A DNA stretch of 63,642 nucleotides, the filler included, from Octopus bimaculoides (Eukaryota), in the NCBI RefSeq assembly GCF_001194135.2. It is 5 parts of 5 records of this genome, joined end to end, with 100 filler letters (N's around TTAATTAATTAA, not from the genome) between each part and the next. Parts side by side here need not be neighbours in the genome. Positions count along the whole stretch, not along the records: positions 46,270 to 62,074 come from NC_068987.1; positions 62,175 to 63,642 come from NC_068982.1; 3 more parts are not named here. One strand, given 5' to 3'. The notes beneath the pieces are model-generated. The model saw only the letters and a list, made by a program, of their open reading frames with translations. It was not told the DNA's origin and did no database searches. The first letter of the stretch is position 1. Each line of letters begins with the position of its first letter. This document shows, one piece after another, positions 52,570 to 63,642 of the stretch. A program made the translations under genes and the position numbers.

Positions 52570-53205
52570 CTTTCCCTATTCTTCTCTCCCTTTCACCGTT
52601 CCCTCTCTCTCTCTCACTCCTCCTCCTTGACTCTCTCTTCGCTGACACGTGACGAAAGGGGATCTTCCTTTCTGTCCACTGCCTTCCTAAAGAAAAGACG
52701 TGTCTTTTCTGTCTCTTCTCTCATGGCTTTCTACCTAGCGTTCATAATAATTTCTCTATCGTCTTGGCTCAACAGCCCTCACCGTTTGTTTTTACTGTCT
52801 TTTTCTCACTGTCCTGTTCTTGTTAACACTTTCACCCTCCACAAAAAATCCCAAATTTTATTTAATTTGCTTTGCGGGATGGACTGTTTCGACAAATTCG
52901 CTTATCGTCCTTGCCTCTGAAACGCGGAGTAGATGAAACAGGGACAACTGATGAAGAGGTATACTCTTAATGTTGCGTGTCTCGTTTCTCTGTTTGTTTT
53001 TTTCGTTGTTCAAAAAAAGTTCGTTTTCATTGTTTTTGTTTTCGTTTCTCATTGTGTTCAACATGTTTTTGATGTCCTGTACCCATATATGCATGCATAT
53101 ATACATATATATGTAGGTATGTACATACATATATGGATATATGCATATATTTATATATTATTTATATTATTATATGATCAAACGTCACGCATCCTTTTCC
53201 AAGTA
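52570..53205 (+). repeat. Dispersed repeat family C (PLE-terminus-like)
   Basis: Homologous to 56640-57200. Shares ccctccac/taaaatcccaaa, gaaacg..gagtagat, gacaactgatgaag and gatgtcctgtacccatatatgcatg. Confidence 0.7.
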
Positions 53206-54081
53206 TNNNNNNNNNNNNNNNNNNNNNNNNNNNNNNNNNNNNNNNNNNNNNNNNNNNNNNNNNNNNNNNNNNNNNNNNNNNNNNNNNNNNNNNNNNNNNN
53301 NNNNNNNNNNNNNNNNNNNNNNNNNNNNNNNNNNNNNNNNNNNNNNNNNNNNNNNNNNNNNNNNNNNNNNNNNNNNNNNNNNNNNNNNNNNNNNNNNNNN
53401 NNNNNNNNNNNNNNNNNNNNNNNNNNNNNNNNNNNNNNNNNNNNNNNNNNNNNNNNNNNNNNNNNNNNNNNNNNNNNNNNNNNNNNNNNNNNNNNNNNNN
53501 NNNNNNNNNNNNNNNNNNNNNNNNNNNNNNNNNNNNNNNNNNNNNNNNNNNNNNNNNNNNNNNNNNNNNNNNNNNNNNNNNNNNNNNNNNNNNNNNNNNN
53601 NNNNNNNNNNNNNNNNNNNNNNNNNNNNNNNNNNNNNNNNNNNNNNNNNNNNNNNNNNNNNNNNNNNNNNNNNNNNNNNNNNNNNNNNNNNNNNNNNNNN
53701 NNNNNNNNNNNNNNNNNNNNNNNNNNNNNNNNNNNNNNNNNNNNNNNNNNNNNNNNNNNNNNNNNNNNNNNNNNNNNNNNNNNNNNNNNNNNNNNNNNNN
53801 NNNNNNNNNNNNNNNNNNNNNNNNNNNNNNNNNNNNNNNNNNNNNNNNNNNNNNNNNNNNNNNNNNNNNNNNNNNNNNNNNNNNNNNNNNNNNNNNNNNN
53901 NNNNNNNNNNNNNNNNNNNNNNNNNNNNNNNNNNNNNNNNNNNNNNNNNNNNNNNNNNNNNNNNNNNNNNNNNNNNNNNNNNNNNNNNNNNNNNNNNNNN
54001 NNNNNNNNNNNNNNNNNNNNNNNNNNNNNNNNNNNNNNNNNNNNNNNNNNNNNNNNNNNNNNNNNNNNNNNNNNNNNNNNN

Positions 54082-54159
<78 letters not shown>

Positions 54160-54173
54160 CTCTATTCATTTAG

Positions 54174-54324
54174 GTTGAATATGGATAATTTCACCAGATT
54201 TGTGCTGACTGTAAGGAAAAACTACCGAAACGTCCCCTATCATAACTGGACACATGCCTTCTCTGTTACACAGACTATGTTTACAATTCTAAAGAAATCT
54301 GGACATGAGTTCGAAACAAAGGAG
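54174..54324 (+). CDS. Cyclic nucleotide phosphodiesterase catalytic-domain exon, PDE10-like
   Basis: tcatttag/G TTG AAT...AAG GAG/gtaatt, phase 2 to 0. Encodes LNMDNFTRFVLTVRKNYRNVPYHNWTHAFSVTQTMFTILKKSGHEFETKE, with the class I PDE YHNxxH motif. RF..TVRKNYR.VPYHNW is closest to PDE10/PDE11. Confidence 0.93.
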
Positions 54325-56412
54325 GTAATTAAAATACATGTAATTATTTAATTATTCTGATAACCACAGATGAGTGAGATTTAAACATGTGCTACTAAGA
54401 AAGAAAGGGCCGATGGCTTGTGACTTGTCACCAGCACATTAATCCACTCAGGGTGAGGGATATGCAGTTTGTTTCAATCCATCATTTAGTATGATTCTGT
54501 ATATGTACCATTTACTGCAACTGGCTGTATACCATATAATAGTTAACTTTATACTCAGTATCTTGTAGTTATGAGTCCAAATGGAAGGCAATGTGTCTGT
54601 TCTCATCTTAAAATCCTCATTATTAATTCACACTCACAGAGGATATCTATATTCTTTTGTCACTGTTATGGAAAGTTATTATTTTAACATGGGAAACAAC
54701 AACCAATAGGTGAAACACTGGATAACTCGTCTTTCCTTCAAATATATAAGGGAAGTCATCTGACTTCCATATAATTTGCTTGTCCATGTGAAGACTCAGC
54801 ACTGCAAGCTAAATATTTCTCATTTGAAATGCTGCTGCTTGTTAGAACTGTGAGTTGTACTTGACACTGATATATATTTACTGTTAGACAAGCAGACAGG
54901 CAGACAGAGCGAAAAAGTTAAGTTTCTTGATCATTTTGACATCTAACATGTGGCACCCATTGCACCTGTACAGGTAATGTCAATCTGATGAAGGGAGTAA
55001 GCTTATGTCTACACAAACATTTGGTCACTATAAACAAATAATCTGTGTGGTTGTTCACTATGAAATTATCGAACTCTCATATGTCATCTAACGACAGGAG
55101 GGTCCATCATCATCATCATCATCATATATACATATATATAGAGAGAGAGAGAGAAAGAGAGAGAGAGATAAAGAGGGAGAGAAAGAGAGAGAGAGAGAGC
55201 TATGCTTGAAACATCAAAAATCCTCTCTTTTTACTGAGTCTCAAACTAATACATTCCATGTGCAGTCCTCTTGTTGTTTTGTTATTGTTATTTTTAATGT
55301 TTGATTATTCGATGCAACTATATATATGTGTGTATGTGTGTGTGTGTGTGTGTGTGTAATCCCATCAATAGCAACAATATGAAGATAATAATGCATAGCA
55401 GGAAATGTTTACTTGTCAACAATGATTCCCTATGAGTGAAAAACCACAATGATCAATTTAATGCTAACATGAGCAGATATAATGGCATTGATATACATGA
55501 GAAAGCCCTAAGCATAAGACTCTACAGAGATGAAGGTTTTGTAGTCTCACACCATACAAATGGCCATACATTAGATATGTATAGGATATCATTAGATATA
55601 TTATACATTAGACATACATTAGATATGTAGAGGAAAGATTTGATTAGTCCTCCATCATATTACAGTAACCAGCAAAATTAATAGTTAACTATAAGATACC
55701 TATAGATATGAGTCATAGAAAACTGAACATGAAACTCATAAATAAATTTTCTAATGACTTCTCAATATTTAAAACAATTTGTTAGCAATATAATTAGAAT
55801 ATCCAAACTAATCTCAAGTAAGATAACCTTAAACTAAGCTGTCTGTTAGTATAATCATGTACTAAGAAAAAGCAAGTTTAAAGAAAAAAAAAATCAACTT
55901 CTTGCTCAAGAATGTTGGCAGTGTGATAATGAGAAAACTTCAAGCAGTTAGAACAACTTTCAGTAAGCAGAATCTAACTTCAGGAACAAAAGACTTTAGG
56001 CTTCTTATTGGAAAATGCTTAATGAAAGCAATTATATATAAAATTAATTTAAAATCTCAGGAAATGAAATAATACTATATCTACAAGGTCAAATACAATT
56101 TGAGGACCATTTCTTCCATCACAAAATAACCTAAGTGTGTGTGTATTTGTGCTAGATTTTGTCAAATCTCTACATGATTTAAATACACAACAAATCTCTG
56201 ATGTTTAGGTTGCTAAAAATTGTCAGCAGAATGGCACTTAGGAGTCATGACCTACAAGTGGCCTGGCTCCTTTAGAGTGTAAGAAGTTGTTGCATGGTAC
56301 ATTAATGTGTGTGTATTATGAATTAGGCTGGCTACATGTGTTATAAACAAGAACAAACTTGCAACATTTTAATATTTTTTTAAGGGAAGGTTGAACACAC
56401 ACACACACACAC

Positions 56413-56447
<35 letters not shown>

Positions 56448-56449
56448 AT

Positions 56450-57460
56450 TGTCTGTTTCGTATTTCATGTTGTTTACTGTTTGTGATGTCCTGTACCCAT
56501 ATATGCATGTGTGTGTATATGTGCGTGTGTGTGTGCATGTATGTATGAATGTATGTATGTATATATATGCATATATATATATATTATTATTATTTGATTG
56601 GACACCACGCATCCATTTCCAAGTAAGTTTATCTTAATCATTTTGATGCGACTCTACCCTATACTGTTCTCTCTCCCCCTCCTTCTCCTTTAATCTCTCT
56701 GGTTGCTCACATGTGACCATCGTCCATTTTTCTTTTCCTCATGCGATCACCTTTCTTTTCTTTCAGGGCTGTCCTAGAGGTTGGACGTATCTTGTCTATT
56801 TCTCTCTCTTCTATCTTTTCTCTTGTCAAAGAAATTATTTCTACAGCTTTCACTATTTTACCTTCATCTGGTCTAATGACCCTCCATGTTTGTTTTCGTT
56901 TGGTTTCCTTGTATGTCTCTACTGTCCTGCTTTTGTTACCAACTTTGACCCTCCATAAAATCCCAAATCTTATTTTGGGTTTTGTGGGAGCAACTGCCTT
57001 TGAAGACTCATATTGTCGTTCAATGCTCGAAACGATGAGTAGATAGGTAGCCGACAACTGATGAAGGGTTGTTCTTTATGTTACTTGTCCTGTTTTCAAT
57101 TTGTTTCTCTCGCTGTTTGCATATTCAACTTATTTTCATATTTCATGTTGTTTATCGTTTGTGACGTCCTGTACCCATATATGCATGTGTGTATATATAT
57201 ACATATATACTCTTTTACTTGTTTCAGTCATTTGACTACGGCCATGCTGGAGCACCGCCTTTAGTCATGTAAATCAACCCCGGGAAAACAGAAACAAACT
57301 TTTTTCGAACACGATGTTTTCGTTTCTCATTGTGTTTAACATTTTTCTTGATGTCCTGTACCCATGTATGCACGTATGTATACATATAGATGTAGTTATG
57401 TACATATATGTATGGATATATGCATATATTTATATATTATTTATATTATTATATAATATT
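56450..57460 (+). repeat. Family C copies in partial tandem arrangement
   Basis: The 3' module (gatgtcctgtaccca) occurs at ~56485, ~57165 and ~57350, around one longer unit. Confidence 0.7.
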
Positions 57461-58151
57461 TCCTCACACCTTCTAAAGTATGCCAAAAACATAATCGAAT
57501 TAGCATATGGCGAAAATGAACCTGACATGTTCTTCGACTTTAGCAATAATTCTAACAACTGCTGAATTGGTTGTTGTTATTGTTGTTGTTGCTGTTTCCA
57601 TTGTTATTGTTGCTGCTGTAGAAGTTGCTGTTGTAACTGTTGTTGTTGCTGTATGACGGAGGCTAACAGTTCTTCCATGCTAAGAATTTTGAATGTTTCA
57701 CTATTATGAAGTGGGCGGTTTTATATTATTTTTCACTGCGTGAAGTTCAAAAGCCTCGCCTCCACTATTATGAAGTGCAGGAAATTAGAATCTTTCTCAC
57801 CACTTTTACAAAGTGAGAGGATTTTTAATATTTTTCCACTGTGTGTAGTTCAAATCCTTGTCACCACTGTTATGCTGTTTTATTGTGGTTGCGGTCTTCT
57901 GGTATATTCATTCACCAACTGTCAAATCACCAACATGTAATCCACGATATCTCTTTTCTTTAGCTCCTACGACTCTCGTATAATATATGGCTGTGCATAT
58001 GACACTGGATTTCTATCTCCAGCACGCATGCATATTTATACAATTCAGAACCATCTATTCACGGGTATGTTCGGATTCCACCACAACAAAACATTAATGA
58101 AGACGGGTTATCTCCCCTGAATCAGAAAAACTTTTATAGACCTGAAGAGAC

Positions 58152-59190
58152 CTAACTAGAAAACGGGAAGATCCAATTTTCCAGTAAGTAGCGCTTGAAG
58201 TGGATACATTTAGAAAACACTTCTTTACAGCTGTTTAATGTGCCAGGTTTCTTATAGTCTTTAAAAATTTTGGCTTTCTCCGTGATGCAGATCTTGCAAC
58301 AGCCACTTCCATTAATATACAGGCCCAGATGATCAATTAATTTCCACCTGATGTCACACAGGGTACCTTGATCTTTGAGGTGCCACACATGGTGGGCCAG
58401 GGACGTGACAAACTATCTTTCTGGGACACTGAAGGATGACTGGTGGTTAAGAAAATGTCGCTTGAACAATGTACTTGCAGAACCAATATATTTACAGACA
58501 TGGGACATGGCCAAATTCACGCCCTTAGTAACATATGGCGCGGAGCTGGTCATCCCATCGGTGTTGAAGATAAATATTTGGTCATCATCTGAAGTGGCAG
58601 AACTGGGAACAGCGGATACTCCCTCCAAGTCACTGGTCCTGGATAAGTCATTATTTCTAGGTGCGGCGTTTGTACTGGTGGTAACATACATCGCGGGCCT
58701 GGTCACTTTATCTGTATCTATGGTTTGTTAATTATCCGTGGTGGTGATACCGGGGTCTTCGGTGACGCTCCCTGTAATGCTGGTCCCGAACTGTTTATTA
58801 TCTCTGGGTGGAGCAATTGAATTGGGTGAGAACTGGTTAATCTGCTAATAATACTGCTGTTTGATGGTACATTACTGTTATTGCGGATATCAGGTCTAGG
58901 TATCACCATAGCCTCATAGATGACCCCTTCAGCCTCGCATCAGCCTCCTACTGGACAGTTATTATAAACCCTGCAAGAGCAACCTGCCTCCTCCCTTGTA
59001 TTGTGGGTACTTGCTAAAATGTATTTTATGTTATGTTTGTTAAGACGTATTCCTCGACTTCTGAGCGTTTCCTCACGTCTGCGACATAGATATTTTAAAT
59101 TTTGTACTTATATATAGTTTGACGAGCTGTCAACAAGACCTTGCTTTCTAAATGAGAAACCTTGGGTAACTCTATGTCTAAGATATAAAG
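58152..59190 (-). mobile_element. Penelope-like element C-terminus with expanded GIY-YIG domain
   Basis: GCSCRVYNNCPVGG*CEAEGVIYEA, then a long spacer, then CKYIGSASTLFKRHFLNHQSSF...HMWHLKDQG..DIRWK...CKICITEK...SKCIH. Confidence 0.85.
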
Positions 59191-59212
59191 CTTTTGTTGT
59201 AATATATATGAA

Positions 59213-59520
59213 GGCGCATGGCTCAGTGGTTAGAGCGTCGAGCTTACGATCATGAGGTTGTGAGTTCGATTCCCAGACCAAGCTGTGTGCTTGAGCAAAG
59301 CACTTTATTTCACGTTGCTCCAGTTCACTCAGCTATAGAAATTAGTTGCCTTTCTCTGACACTTTGCCTTTCCCTTGGATAACATTGGTGGCGTGGAGAG
59401 GGGAGGCCGGTATGCATGTGCGACTGCTAGTCTTCCATAAACAACCTTGCCCGGACTTGTACCTCGGAAGGTAACTTTCTAGATCCAATCCCATGGTCAT
59501 TCATGACCGAAGGGGGTCAT
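59213..59520 (+). mobile_element. tRNA-derived SINE family D
   Basis: A box TGGCTCAGTGG and B box GTTCGATTCC, followed by a non-tRNA body (ttgagcaaagcactttatttcacgttgctccag). Confidence 0.8.
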
Positions 59521-59521
59521 C

Positions 59522-59552
<31 letters not shown>

Positions 59553-59556
<4 letters not shown>

Positions 59557-60252
59557 ACGGTTGTAAGATGAACGAAGAACAGTGATCGAAGTTGTAAAGA
59601 AATATTTATTTATCGTTACTTTAATAAATACCATACCATGACGGGTAGGTTAGTGTAATAGTATAACACAGTTTGTAAAGCATGCAAGGTAAAGAAAGTT
59701 AATTTCGGCCTGTATATGTGTGTACACGATCTTGTAGCAGTGTATAGACAGAGATATGGTAATGTTACAGAAAAAAGAAAGTGAGCTAGTGAAAGTTATA
59801 GGGTGTGCGACGTTGTCTCACAACTGCTGGCAGTAAACTTCATTTCTCCCTCTGGCCAAGGTTCTAGCTGGTCAGCCAGACTTTGTTCTCATTGAGTCTT
59901 CACCGACTGGTGACTAAACTAGTTGAGTTGTCAATGACTGGTGACTAAACTAAATTGTTCTTGGGGTTTCCTTGCTTTTATAACGATCTAGAAGGATAGA
60001 TATATTATTGAGAACAATAGATTTAGTTGGTGGTCTTGTTATCTCTATTCTAGCTTTTGGTGATGTAGAAGAGGTTAGGAAGGGTCAAGTGGTGAAGACA
60101 TTGTTTCGGCCTAGCTAAAGGCATCTGGAAAATATCAAACTGCTGTCAGAGAAAAAACTATTGTTCGACCGTGGGAAAAGTTCTGTTGCAGTGTTAATTT
60201 AAATTTGGCTATGGTGGATCGAATCCACTTCATGCATGCAAGATCCATTACA
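59553..60252. mobile_element. Solo LTR (700 bp) inserted in (TA)n
   Basis: TGTAA...TTACA termini, with TATA on both flanks. Confidence 0.7.
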
Positions 60253-60262
60253 TATATATATA

Positions 60263-60452
60263 TATTAGAAACAATAATAATCAGGTACTCAGATGTTTGG
60301 ATGGTTGTAGATTTACAGATTTTTATTCATATGTCATATGTTTTATTAAAAAAAAATATTTTTTTATTATTAAATATGTGACATATGAATAAAAATCTGT
60401 AAATATACAACCATCCAGACATCTGAGTACTTGATTATTATTTTTTCTAATA
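60263..60452. mobile_element. Near-perfect hairpin MITE
   Basis: tcaggtactcagatgtttggatggttgtagatttacagatttttattcatatgtca is mirrored by tgacatatgaataaaaatctgtaaatatacaaccatccagacatctgagtacttga. Confidence 0.85.
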
Positions 60453-60584
60453 TATAATTCCTGTACATCACCTCCAAACCTTCCAATATATATATGAGAC
60501 TCAAGACTATTGAAAAGGTTGCAAGACGCAACGAAAATTTTAGGAAAATGAAAATAAGAAATAAGTGGAAATTTTACCGGTGAG

Positions 60585-61440
60585 TTAAATAACTGTTAGA
60601 AACAAGAACGCTAGTTTACAGGGAGCTGTTTAGGGAGAGAGGTTATGAACTCTATACTAAGAGTTTAAATTAAGCAGAAAAATCTAAAAGTTAATAATAA
60701 TGGTAATAAAAATCTTTTTTGTAAATCGAAGGAGAAAGAGAGAGAATCCAATGAATTCTTTATATACTACTCATTGTGTAAATAAACGTTTATGAGGAAG
60801 GAAAATTAAAGATGGATTATAAATATAATTAATTAACCATAATATTGTATCATATTAAGTTACGGTAATTAACCTAAATAAATGGCAATACAAGGTACAA
60901 AACTATAAACTGATGAAAAAATAAGAATAAACATACTTACGATGACAAAATCGATAGTATGTACGTAAATATATACAAGTATACTTAAAACTCTACGAAT
61001 ATAAATTTATCGGGGATAAACTTGCTGAACCAACTAGAGAAAAAGAAAGAGTATAAACAACTGGCGTTGGAGTTAGATACAATTGCTATTTAAGATAATA
61101 TTATAATGTTATTATTCTCATTGTTGTTATTGTTATTATTATAAATGTAAAAATAATTTTATTATTATTATTATTACTATTATTGTCTAAAGCTAAATAA
61201 AAATAAATACAAAGTGGGGTGTTGTTCATACCACATGTAAAGTGGCTGTCAACTAGTGAGTATGTTGGTAGGTAAAAAAAATAATAACTAAAATTAGAAA
61301 AAAGATGAAATTAATGAAACGATTTTTATTACCATTATTATTAACTTTTAGATTTTTCTGCGGTTCATTATGTCTTCTTTTAGTTTAAACTCCTACAGCT
61401 CCCTGTAAACGAGCGTTCTTGTTTGTAACGGTCATTTAAC
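60585..61440. repeat. Pair of ~135-bp inverted repeats
   Basis: 60585-60720 is the diverged reverse complement of 61320-61440. Confidence 0.75.
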
Positions 61441-61508
61441 TTATCTATATAGTGTTATTACTCGTACGTAACCTTAGCATTTAGCGAAAGTTTTGCATTT
61501 GTAATATG

Positions 61509-61598
61509 GTTCCCTGACGATGAATTTATGTGTATATACCAGCATCTCTCACTTCTTTGGAGTAGAGTGCACATAATTTTTGAAACATATGTAGGAAT
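61509..61598 (+). ncRNA. Type I minimal hammerhead ribozyme with long stem II
   Basis: GTTCC, CTGACGA, TGAATTTATGTG...CACATAATTTTT, GAAA, CATATG, TA, GGAAT. The 10.1-11.1 pair is U-U. Confidence 0.7.
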
Positions 61599-62174
61599 TA
61601 AAGGAACTTATTGATTATATGCGTTTTGCTCCATTTATTATTATTCTTTATATCTACTCAAAATACATCACATTAAAATGGAATTTCTACCCATTAACCG
61701 GGTATGATATCCCAGTTTTTGTGTGTTTTTTGCTATCCTGGTAACTATTAACATATTTGCATTATCGAAGTTTTACAACCAAGATAATATTGATATATAC
61801 ATAAATTAATATATATATATATATATTGGTTGAAAAAATGTAAAGAAAAAGGAAGAAAAATGCCTTCGTTTCGCATAGTTTAATATTTTTTTATATAAAT
61901 ATATACATATTAAATGGGTGTTGTAAAATCCCAACCGGTTTTCGCTATTTAAATTAGCTTTTCAAGGGGTATTGTGTAGTGATTAATTCGCATGATGAGG
62001 GGCTTTCGCCATCTTGGTTGTATGAAAAATAAGAAAGGATTTAGAGAGTGAATCAAGGGAGGTAATGGGTGTCANNNNNNNNNNNNNNNNNNNNNNNNNN
62101 NNNNNNNNNNNNNNNNNNTTAATTAATTAANNNNNNNNNNNNNNNNNNNNNNNNNNNNNNNNNNNNNNNNNNNN

Positions 62175-62205
<31 letters not shown>

Positions 62206-62894
62206 GGTGTGTTTAAAATTTGTTTGGGGGATCTGTGTATTATTCACTTGTATACTTGTCAATGTTGTACTTGCCTAGTTCAACACGACACACTCTGCGA
62301 TTGTTGAACCTGCTAGAAATAGCAGCAAAATCTTTGTGAAATGACACACACCTGTCTTAATGTATTTTTGGGAGTTCAAAATTCCTGGAGGGTGAAGAAA
62401 AAAAAATGGGGGAGTGTAGTTAAGACTGAAATACTTTTGATTTGATTACATGTCAACGGACCCAAGCCTAAACGTAATTATATTTATTATAAAAAGTGCA
62501 ATAGAGTTCAAATCCCACCAAAGTCAACTTTGCCTTTCATCTTTCTTGGGTCAATAGAATAGCAGTAAAGTACTGGACTTGGTGTAATTGACTAACCTCC
62601 ACCCTCTCCTCAGAACTGCTGGTCGGGTGCCTAAATTAGTAATCATTAAAAGGTGTATATAAAATAAATGAATTAATCGGATTGGATCGCATCAATTATA
62701 AATAGAAACTGAAAATATTTCTTGTGTGTCAGAATCACTGGAATTCATGTTAACATTCTATTTATCAATGCTATAAGCTTTCAAAACAGCTATTTTTAGA
62801 TTTATATCATCATTGAGGCTACAAATACATTACGGGTATGCTACTTTCCATAATTTCCCGTCTTCTCTTTCAATGAGGCTTATTATTATTATTA

Positions 62895-62939
<45 letters not shown>

Positions 62940-62947
62940 GCATGTTG

Positions 62948-63115
62948 GACGAAATGCTTAGAGGTATTTCGTTAGACGCTACGTTCTGAGTTCAAATTCA
63001 GACCGAAGTTGACTTTACCTTTCATCCTTTCGGGGTCGATAAAATAAGTACTAGTGGTACACTGAGGTTGATGTAATCGACTCATTCCCTTCCCCAATAT
63101 CGCTGCCCTTGTGGC
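62948..63115 (+). mobile_element. SINE family B copy
   Basis: gaaatgcttagaggtatttcg...gttctgagttcaaattc...gactttacctttcatcctttcggggtcgataaaataagtac. Confidence 0.8.
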
Positions 63116-63642
63116 ACTGGGGTAAAATATACAAAGCCTAATATACCCATCATGACTACCCGTCTGATAAGGGTACACCAGGCACATGCATCACAACCAT
63201 ATGTGCGCGACATGGTGATCTCATATCACGATAAACAGCGCATGACCTCGCAGGTGGGGCCCAGTTAGAAATTTTCTCAGGTTGAGTAGCCCATCTCGCT
63301 CAAAAGGTCCCTGAATAAGGTTTGTTTAAGGATGTTGAGCAAAGCACCCATGTTTCCAAAGGTGAATTATTGAAACCCCAAATAACAACACTCAACACAT
63401 GGCTATGATGCTCCCCCACTACTTCTGCTCGTGATCAGAGATGCACATATCGTCAGCCACCAAGGGACATGTTCAACTGGTTAAGGTCAAACAACTGACA
63501 AGCAAATCTGTGGTATTAAGCAGAATATTTGCTGTAGCCCATTTTTTATACCAAGACAAAACAACGTACATGATAACACTTCCAATCACGGTCGTGAGAT
63601 CGTGATTTCAATTCCTAGACTGAGTGGTGTATTGTGTTCTTG

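Noticed and set aside
57460-57565. Possible next PDE exon
   Set aside because: No HDLDH or other PDE motif in any frame. No downstream PDE exon was found before the window end.
59213-59285. tRNA-like sequence with A and B boxes
   Set aside because: No proper acceptor stem or terminator, and it continues into a SINE body.
60505-60545. GGTTGC/GCAAC hairpin followed by GAAAATTTTA
   Set aside because: The CUGANGA equivalent is too degenerate (TTGAAAA) to support a call.

Overview
Eukaryotic, AT-rich, gap-ridden scaffold window. Its SINE families, microsatellite load and LINE types suggest an octopus (cephalopod) genome; this is an inference. Recognisable host coding sequence is sparse and all on the + strand. 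It comprises three exons of a cytosolic sulfotransferase that looks damaged (31.2-32.2 kb), three phase-compatible exons of an unidentified N-terminus (39.2-41.1 kb) and one catalytic-domain exon of a PDE10-like cyclic nucleotide phosphodiesterase (54.2 kb). The rest is mostly mobile-element debris: Tc1/mariner, Merlin, hAT, a Helitron-like element, Gypsy pol and solo LTRs, RTE and R4/Dong LINEs, Penelope-like elements (PLEs), tRNA-derived SINEs and foldback hairpins. The most striking hidden signal is a set of hammerhead-ribozyme motifs at 1.2, 38.5, 41.2, 49.4 and 61.6 kb. The four clearer ones have a self-complementary 6-nt stem III and a UA cleavage site. The three best-preserved also have a very long stem II and sit about 210-230 nt upstream of a junction with a microsatellite. 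Also notable are a PLE GIY-YIG endonuclease with a roughly 140-codon insertion between its two signature motifs, and a Gypsy LTR with a tandemly duplicated tRNA-Trp primer-binding site.
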